DNA of 64,000 nucleotides from an uncultured delta proteobacterium (GTDB lineage Bacteria; Myxococcota_A; Polyangia; Polyangiales; Polyangiaceae): NCBI GenBank assembly GCA_963716725.1, contig CAVQUB010000013.1, positions 192,001 to 256,000 of the forward strand, read 5' to 3'. Shown piece by piece: positions 56,851 to 64,000 of this stretch (position 1 is its first letter; each line of letters starts with the position of its first letter). The notes under the pieces were generated by a model. It saw only the letters and a program-made list of their open reading frames with translations, ran no database searches and was not told where the DNA came from. The position numbers and the translations under genes were made by a program.

Positions 56851-58498
56851 CTAAGGGCGTGCCGACGGTGAGGCTCCGCCTGCCCCGAGCCACTTCCTCA
56901 AGACGACGGCAGCCGTCGCGGGGTCGCGCGCGGCGATTTCCACGGCTTTTTCCTTGGTGGCCGCCACGGTGTCGCCCTGCAGGCTCGGCAGCTCGGTCCC
57001 GGTCAGCTCGGCGATCGGGTCGCCCATTCCGGTCAAAGCGACCCGAACCACCGGAGCGGCCAGCGCTGCCTTGGCTCGCCGCTTCCGCCGACGTCGCACC
57101 AACACGTACACCCCGAGCGCTAGCAGAACGGCGAAGCCGCCGACCGCGTGGGGCAGGTACTTACGCCATGGCGGTGTGCGGACCGCGACGGGCGGCAGGT
57201 CACCGTCCAGCCGAGCGAAATTCCATGGTGTCGAGCTTGATGCTGTCGCCGCGTTTCTCATCAAAGCCCACCGCGCGCTTGACGATTTCCTCCAAGGACT
57301 TGAGCTCGGCGGGGGTTTTCGGCACCGATGCGGGGGTTCCACCGCGATCTGCCAGCCGACTGTTGAGCAAGACAGCTACACTGACCCGCTGGAAGTCCCC
57401 GGGCGGGAGCGTCGTCTTCTCCGTGACGCGATCCACCTCCCAGTTGCGGGTGTGGCTCCGACGCAGGGCTCCCCCGCCCACCGCCGCGCCCTCGGCCAGG
57501 CGGTCCTCCGGCGGAGCCGTATCGGGGGTCACCGCGTCAGGCAAATTGGTGCGTGCGCCGGGGACACCAGCCACGCCAGCGCCCTCACTGCCCGCCAGCT
57601 CCTCTGTTTTGTGCTCGCTTCGGAGCGCAGTCTTCGCTTGATCGTAGTGCTCTTCAGTCCGCTCGCGGGTGGCGGGATCGAGAGCCACGTGGATGCGAAC
57701 GTCAGCGTTTCCCGGCCCGACCACACGTTCGAGTTGCTCCTTCACGCGCTGCTCGAGGCTCGTGGCGACCTCCCTTGCCTGCTCACCATGAAGGTCGGCG
57801 GCCTCACCGGCCCTCGAGCCTGTGTCAGAAACCGGGCGGTGGAGCGTCACGCCTTCGGTGCTCACGACGGAGACTCGGTCGCGCGCGAGCGCAGGAACCG
57901 CCGCCGAAACCAGGTGAACGATGCCCGCGACCTCGCGCTTGCCGAAGTTTCCGGGGTTGTCCAGCTTGAGCACGACGGAGGCCGAAGCCTTCTCGCTGTC
58001 CGCGGCGAACAACCGGCGCTCAGGCAAGACGAGGTGGACGCGCGCCTGCTTCACGCCTTCTACCGTGTCGATCGACCGCGCGAGCTCTCCCTCGAGCGCG
58101 CGTCGCAGATTGACCCGCTGCTCGAACTCGGTGGAGCCGATTTGGGACTTGTCGAAGAGCTCGAACCCGACCCCTCCGCCCCTCGGCAGCCCGGTCTTCG
58201 CCAACTCCAGCCTGAGCTGATGCACCTTTTCCTCGGGAACCAGCACGGCCCCACCGCTCTGTTCGACGCGGTAAGGGACCTTGAGCGCCTCGAGCTTCTC
58301 GACGATCTTGCCGGCGTCGTCCTGGGGCAGATCCCGGTAGAGCACGGCAAAGCTCTCCCGTGAGCCCAGAAACACCAGCCCGAGTACCGCCAGCAGCACG
58401 CTGCTGGTGACAAAGACCAGCGCCAATCGCTTGGCGGTCGAGAGTGACTTCCACAGCTCGACGAGCTGCGACAGTACGGTTCTCATCCGATCGGGCAT
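56851..58498 (-). CDS. fliF: MS-ring protein FliF; 1-bp insertion at 57218-57220 splits off TM2 and the C-terminus
   Basis: GFELFD, RALEGELARSI, ARVHLVLP, ASASVVL, RGDSI. Removing one T (GAA-TTT-CGC to GAA-TTC-GCT) continues into TM2 and DPATAAVVLRKWL. Confidence 0.93.
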
Positions 58499-58511
58499 CG
58501 CTCAAGACCCT

Positions 58512-58825
58512 TCAGATTTGCATGCGCCAGAGCTCATAAAATGCGTCAATGACCTTGTTTCGAACGGCTCCTGCGTACTTGAGTTCGATCTCCGCCTTGC
58601 TCAGCGCCAGCATCGTTCCGTGAATGTCGTCGACGGCGCCGCAGCAAACGCCTCACCGGCCCGCGACGCGGCATGTCCCGCGTCGTTCACACGACTCAAC
58701 GCTCCGTCCAAGATCGTCCCGAAAGCCCCGTCGGGTTCCGGCGTTTCGCGGAGCGGCTGAACATCCGGCCCGAACGAAGGATGAGGACGGAGGAGCTGGA
58801 CCGCCGAAGCATCGACCGCGCTCAT
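58512..58825 (-). CDS. fliE: Hook-basal body protein FliE; 1-bp deletion near 58639
   Basis: FGTILDGALSRVN, then after a frame shift DDIHGTMLALSKAEIEL...VRNKVIDAFYELWRMQI. Confidence 0.9.
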
Positions 58826-58827
58826 CC

Positions 58828-59259
58828 TCAGCCTCGTCCGAGATCAATGGCGGATCGCGCCATGTTCTTGATGGTATCGATGGAAGTGACGCCGGCCTCG
58901 TAGGCGCGGGAAGCCGAGATCATATTGACCATTTCCTCGACCGCGTTCACGTTCGGGTACTCCACGTAGCCTTCCGCATTGGCGTCCGGGTGACCCGGTT
59001 CATGCACCAGTTGGCCGGGTCGCTCGTCCTGCACGATGCGGGCAACCCGGACCATCGAGACCCCGGTGGGACCCCCGCTCGAGCGCGAGCGGTCGAGCCC
59101 GACGGCCTCGAACAGCGGGTCGATCCGCCGGTAGGGGCCGCCGTCTGCCGTCCGGGTCGTTCGCGCGTTCGCCAGGTTGGCCGCGATGGTGTTCATCCGA
59201 ACTCGCTCGGCACCGAGTCCCGAGGCCGCAACCTCCATGGCACTGAATACTCCCAGCAT
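58828..59259 (-). CDS. flgC: Basal body rod protein FlgC
   Basis: ASGLGAERVRMNTIAANLANA, GPYRR, PGHPDAN.EGYVEYPNVN..EEMVNMISASRAYEA. Confidence 0.97.
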   Translation of the reverse strand: MLGVFSAMEVAASGLGAERVRMNTIAANLANARTTRTADGGPYRRIDPLFEAVGLDRSRSSGGPTGVSMVRVARIVQDERPGQLVHEPGHPDANAEGYVEYPNVNAVEEMVNMISASRAYEAGVTSIDTIKNMARSAIDLGRG

Positions 59260-59276
59260 GTTCAGCTCACCTTTCC

Positions 59277-59672
59277 TCAGCCCTTGGCGTCACTGACCGC
59301 AAATCGAAGCTGGCGGAGCTCAGCCTGAACCACGGCGGAAATCACGTCGTATCGCAAGTGATTGGAGGCGACCTTGGCCGCCTCGCGGTCGAGGGAGACG
59401 TAGTTTCCGTCGTTGCCCGCACCCGCAGTGAGGTCGTTGATGACCCGGCCGGTCACCGGCGTGGCGCCCGCCGCGCCGCCGGCCAAGTGCGCCGAGCTCG
59501 TGCGGGCCAGCGCGACCGCGAGCGTCCCGGCAAACGCCGATGTGTCGACCCGCTCCAGATCCACCGCGCGGTACCCCGGCGTGTCGACGTGCGCCACGTT
59601 GGAGGACAGGACGTTGTGACGCTCGAGGTGGTAGTCCAGCGCGCCTTGCAGCGGAGTGACGGCTTCGAACAC
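59277..59672 (-). CDS. flgB: Basal body rod protein FlgB
   Basis: ALDYHLERHNVLSSNVAHVDTPGY...DGNYVSLDRE. GTG start at 59672. Confidence 0.93.
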   Translation of the reverse strand: MFEAVTPLQGALDYHLERHNVLSSNVAHVDTPGYRAVDLERVDTSAFAGTLAVALARTSSAHLAGGAAGATPVTGRVINDLTAGAGNDGNYVSLDREAAKVASNHLRYDVISAVVQAELRQLRFAVSDAKG

Positions 59673-59683
59673 GCTCGGGGTCG

Positions 59684-59699
59684 AGCACGTCCCGTGCCA
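59684..59699 (-). promoter_or_regulatory. Sigma-54 promoter (TGGCACG-GGAC-GTGCT) of the flgB operon
   Basis: -24/-12 element; predicted +1 at about 59673, adjacent to the flgB start. Confidence 0.75.
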
Positions 59700-59741
59700 G
59701 CTCAAGCTCGGTGCCGATGAGCCGTTCTGATCGACGCAGAA

Positions 59742-59772
59742 GTCATTCTGACGGCCGGGGGGTCGGACTGAC
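59742..59772. promoter_or_regulatory. Two GTC-N5-GAC inverted repeats (GTCATTCTGAC, GTCGGACTGAC), candidate enhancer sites
   Basis: 20-bp spacing; between the divergent sigma-54 promoters of flgB and the activator gene. Confidence 0.4.
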
Positions 59773-59875
59773 CCGCGACCGATCGCCGACCTTTCCATGC
59801 CGGCAGCGTGCGCGTCCGGTGTCGATCGAACCCGAGTGCTCGGGCAATGCGCGATCGTTTCGCGATATCTTGGCC

Positions 59876-59891
59876 TGGCCCGCAACTTGCT
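59876..59891 (+). promoter_or_regulatory. Sigma-54 promoter (TGGCCCG-CAAC-TTGCT) of the FleQ-like activator
   Basis: Near-consensus -24/-12 element, followed by AGGAG SD and ATG 59927. Confidence 0.72.
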
Positions 59892-59926
59892 GATGGTCCG
59901 CTCCGCCGGGGGAGGCAGGAGAAAGA

Positions 59927-61024
<1,098 letters not shown>

Positions 61025-61148
61025 GCTGGTCCCACTGATTCGCGGAGACCCCACCAGTGGAGGGGGGGCCTGGCCACGATCGGCATCGGCGGGCCGGACA
61101 CGTTGGACGCGTCTGGTTTCGAAGTCGTGCGCGCTCCGCTCCGAGCGT

Positions 61149-61164
61149 TGGCCCGCCCTTTGCC
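61149..61164 (+). promoter_or_regulatory. Sigma-54 promoter (TGGCCCG-CCCT-TTGCC)
   Basis: GG-N10-GC; predicted +1 at about 61175, just before GTG 61179. Confidence 0.6.
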
Positions 61165-61178
61165 AAGGACACGTCGCG

Positions 61179-61715
61179 GTGAAATCCATTCGCTCCTATG
61201 CAGTCGTTCGGCTCCTCAGCGTCACACTCCCGACGCTGATCGGTGCCACCCTGCTGGCTCCTCCCGCGCACGCCGAGGGCTGGTTGATTGATGGGGAGGC
61301 CGGGCTCTCGACCGGCTTGGAGGGCGGCGACGACGGCGGCGGCGCTATCAAGTGGCGACGCGCGCGCACGCGAGTGAGCGTCGGCGTCGAACTGCGCAAC
61401 GACGAAGAGGCCAGCCACGGCTATCACTTCCGAGCATTCGCAGAAATCGAGAAACGCGGGAGCGTCGGCGGAGAGCTGCGGTACGCGCTCTGGCCGTCGA
61501 CGAAGTTCGGCGTCTTCGCAGGTGCGGCAGGGACTGTCACTCCGGAGACCCTCTTCGGAGGCGTCTTCGGGGCGCGGCTCGTATTGCCCATGGGCAAGCG
61601 CGTCGGCATCTACGTCGAGCCGAGCTTCTCGGTGCTGCCTCTCGGGAGCGATTTGCCCGGCGACACTCCGCTGTACTGGGCGCTCTTGTCCGCCGGGGTG
61701 CGCTTTGGACTTTGA
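61179..61715 (+). CDS. Secreted hypothetical protein, small outer-membrane beta-barrel-like
   Basis: Signal peptide ending AHA; alternating amphipathic strands; ends AGVRFGL. Confidence 0.65.
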   Translation: MKSIRSYAVVRLLSVTLPTLIGATLLAPPAHAEGWLIDGEAGLSTGLEGGDDGGGAIKWRRARTRVSVGVELRNDEEASHGYHFRAFAEIEKRGSVGGELRYALWPSTKFGVFAGAAGTVTPETLFGGVFGARLVLPMGKRVGIYVEPSFSVLPLGSDLPGDTPLYWALLSAGVRFGL

Positions 61716-62115
61716 GCGTCGACTGCTTGGGCTGGCCTTCGTGGCGGCCCTGGGCCTCGCCTGCCCCCTCGGGTGCGCTGACACGGACGCCTGCCTGCGC
61801 AACACGGACTGCCCGAACGGACAGGCCTGCTCCGGCGGTAGCTGCGAGGTCTCGGCGCCGAAAAAGCCGCAGGACGCCGCCGCGGAGGCCGATGTCGTCG
61901 ACTCGTCCGACGGGGACACCCCCGATGCGGACGCCAGCGACGAGGCGGATTCGATGGCGGACGCGGACTCCGAGAGTACCGGCGACGCTGACAACGCCGA
62001 CGCCGACGCCGGAGACCCTCCCGAGGCAGCCACCGACGGCGACTCCAGCGACTCCAGCGACTCCAGCGACTCCAGCGACTCCAGCGACTCCAGCGACTCC
62101 AGCGACTCGGGCTGA
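61705..62115 (+). CDS. Small putative lipoprotein: Cys-rich motif plus an acidic Asp/Ser-rich tail
   Basis: TTG start overlapping the upstream gene; PLGC lipobox-like; C..NTDCPNGQAC...C; (DSS)n tail. Confidence 0.6.
   Translation: MDFERRLLGLAFVAALGLACPLGCADTDACLRNTDCPNGQACSGGSCEVSAPKKPQDAAAEADVVDSSDGDTPDADASDEADSMADADSESTGDADNADADAGDPPEAATDGDSSDSSDSSDSSDSSDSSDSSDSG
62041..62108 (+). repeat. Perfect 9-bp tandem repeat (GACTCCAGC)x7.5
   Basis: Read directly from the sequence. Confidence 0.95.
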
Positions 62116-62117
62116 GC

Positions 62118-62133
62118 TGGCACTCGAGTTGCA
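62118..62133 (+). promoter_or_regulatory. Sigma-54 promoter (TGGCACT-CGAG-TTGCA) of flgG-flgA-flgH
   Basis: Near-consensus element ending 18 nt before ATG 62152; shares GAGCTGGCAC with the flgB promoter. Confidence 0.8.
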
Positions 62134-62151
62134 AGTGCACTGAAGGTCGCC

Positions 62152-62938
62152 ATGTTTCGATCACTCAACATCGCAGCCACGGGCATGAGCGCGCAGCAGA
62201 CGCAGCTCGACGGCATCGCACACAACATCGCCAACGCGAACACGGTCGGCTTCAAACGCCAACGCACCGAGTTCCAAGACCTGCTCTACCAGACCATCCG
62301 CGCGCCCGGAGCTCCCACGGGACCGACCACGATGTCGCCCACCGGACTCCAGCTCGGCACGGGCGTGCGAGTGGTCGGCACATCGCGCACCTTCGAGCAA
62401 GGCACGCTCTACAACACCCAAGGGCCGCTGGACCTAGCCATCGAGGGAAACGGCTTCTTCGTCGTGCAGCAAGCCGATGGGAACCCAGCCTACACGCGGG
62501 CCGGCAACCTGAAGACCGACGGCGACGGGCGCATCGTGACGTCCGAAGGTCTTCCCCTGGATTCCGCCCATCACGGTACCTCCGGGCGCGGCCGGCATTT
62601 CGATTTCGGCGAACGGCACCGTCTCCGCCATCATGGCCGGCGAAAAGGCTCCGGTCGACCTCGGGCAGATCAGCGTCGCCACCTTCGTCAACCCGGCGGG
62701 GCTGCGCGCGTTGGGGCACAATCTGTTCATCCCGAGCGCTGCCAGCGGAGAGCCCCAAGTGGGCGAAGCAGGGCAGGACGGCCGCGGCGCCCTGCTTCAG
62801 GGCTCCCTCGAGCAAGCAAACGTGGACATCGTCGAAGAGATGATCGGACTCATCAGCGCGCAGCGCGGTTACGAAGTGAATTCGAAGGTCATCACGGCCG
62901 CGGACGAGATGCTCCGCGCCGCGACCCAGATGAAGTGA
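62152..62938 (+). CDS. flgG: Distal rod protein FlgG; 1-bp insertion at 62562-62563
   Basis: MFRSLNIAATGM.AQQ, NIANANTVGFK, FQDLLYQ, GLQLGTGV, YTRAGN. After removing one T: PPITVP...LEQANVDIVEEMIGLISAQRGYEVNSKVI. Confidence 0.94.
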
Positions 62939-62939
62939 G

Positions 62940-63674
62940 ATGCGACACCGGGTTCTCCAGCTGATACTTCTGTCGTCGTTGCTCGCTCCGTCGGCTGCGC
63001 GGGCGGAGCCCCAGAGGACCGTCGACGGCCCAGTCTTGAGACTCGGCGAGATCCTGGATGCACCCGCGGGGCTCGAGGGCTTCGAGCTCGGCCCCACTCC
63101 TGCGCCGGGTCGAAGCCGCCTCGTGCAGCGCGACGAACTGGCGCGCCGCCTCAACGAAGCGGGCATCGATGCCAAGACCGTCAAGCTGCCGTCGGTGATC
63201 CGTGTCACTCGCTCGGCGCGGCACCTCTCTGCCACTGAGCTGGCGCTGGCTGCGCGACCCGTCCTCTCGTCGCGCTTGCCTACGGGCGCGCGCCTGATCT
63301 CGCTCAGCGCGAGCAAAGGCGCGACCGTCGCGAAGAACGTCGAGGTCGTGAGCGTGCGGGTACCAAAGCTCCCGCGGCGCGTCGGGCAGCACACACTCAC
63401 CATTACCGCTGAGCTCGGCGAACTCGGCGCTGTCACCAGCCGCGTCCCTCTCCGGGCGGTGATAGCGCTGGATGAACGCGCGACGAAGCCCTTGGTTCAG
63501 CGCGGTGCGCGACTCGACTTGGTGATCGAGCATGGGCGCATACGCGTCGGTGCGTCGGCCATCGCCCTGGCGGACGCCGACGCTGGAGAGGTCGTGACCT
63601 TCAAGGTCGAAGCCACGAAGAAGATCGTCCGCGCGCGCGTGGATCGCGCCGACCGAGCGGTGGTCGTGCAATGA
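62940..63674 (+). CDS. flgA: P-ring formation chaperone FlgA
   Basis: Signal peptide; LVQRG..L......RVGASAIALADA..GEVV....TKKIVRARV; between flgG and flgH. Confidence 0.85.
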   Translation: MRHRVLQLILLSSLLAPSAARAEPQRTVDGPVLRLGEILDAPAGLEGFELGPTPAPGRSRLVQRDELARRLNEAGIDAKTVKLPSVIRVTRSARHLSATELALAARPVLSSRLPTGARLISLSASKGATVAKNVEVVSVRVPKLPRRVGQHTLTITAELGELGAVTSRVPLRAVIALDERATKPLVQRGARLDLVIEHGRIRVGASAIALADADAGEVVTFKVEATKKIVRARVDRADRAVVVQ

Positions 63675-64000
63675 AGACCTTGCTCGTCGGCCTCACGCTC
63701 TCGCTCTTGGCTGGTGCCTGCGGGCCCGCGCATATCCGCCCGTTCACGCCCCGCGAGCGCAAATACGACGTCGGAGACTACGCGGCGACCGCCAAGGGCT
63801 ACGCGCCGATGCCCGGCTCGATCTACTCCGAAGCTCAGGCGGGCCTGCTGGAGGACACCCGCGCGCTGCGCGTCGGCGATATCATGCTGATCCGCATCAA
63901 CGAACAGGCCGACGCCCAGGGCGGCGCCAAGACCAATTTGAAGAAGGACACCGGCCGGGACGCCAGCGTCGAGTCGCTGCTGGGTTTGGTCCCCGCCATC
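63671..64000 (+). CDS. flgH: L-ring lipoprotein FlgH (3'-truncated by the window edge)
   Basis: Own translation: MKTLLVGLTLSLLAGAC (lipobox)...PGSIYS...LLEDTRALRVGDIMLIRINEQADA. Confidence 0.88.
   Translation, partial: MKTLLVGLTLSLLAGACGPAHIRPFTPRERKYDVGDYAATAKGYAPMPGSIYSEAQAGLLEDTRALRVGDIMLIRINEQADAQGGAKTNLKKDTGRDASVESLLGLVPAI

Noticed and set aside
57200..57230. Programmed ribosomal frameshifting in fliF, fliE, flgG or fliW
   Set aside because: No shared slippery heptamer or stimulatory structure, and the shifts are of mixed direction; simple indels explain them.
43159..58498. Injectisome (non-flagellar T3SS) interpretation of the export genes
   Set aside because: Rod, hook, hook cap, L-ring, FlgA, FliG/FliM, FlhF, FliA and FliW are flagellum-specific, and no secretin is seen.

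Overview
High-GC window that looks like a myxobacterium (Myxococcota, probably Polyangiales-like). This is inferred from the NCGxCG cysteine-rich lipoproteins, Cys-bridged SEL1 lipoproteins, TIGR02266-type PilZ, FHA-GGDEF and Hanks-type kinase; there is no marker gene in the window. 1-16 kb: three tandem Cys-rich surface proteins, thiC with a TPP riboswitch, two SEL1 lipoproteins, Uma2, SMUG1 and an M28 peptidase. 16-39 kb: a dense c-di-GMP / two-component island (three intact GGEEF cyclases, one degenerate GGDEF, REC-EAL, PilZ, kinase-PilZ fusion, three HDOD-type proteins, hybrid kinases, NtrC-type activator) with a transposase remnant. 39.6-64 kb: a large flagellar cluster (flgBC-fliEFGHIJK-flgDE-fliLMNOPQR-flhBAF-fliA-HK-fliW, plus a divergent FleQ-like activator and flgGAH running off the end) with about ten sigma-54 promoter candidates, several near-leaderless. 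The flagellar system is atypical: no flhG or flgF in place, FliM without the CheY-binding motif, and a very short FliK. Several genes carry single-base indels in short homopolymers, most likely assembly errors. One SEL1 lipoprotein has an N-terminal domain with a MACPF/gasdermin-like sequence pattern (hypothesis only).
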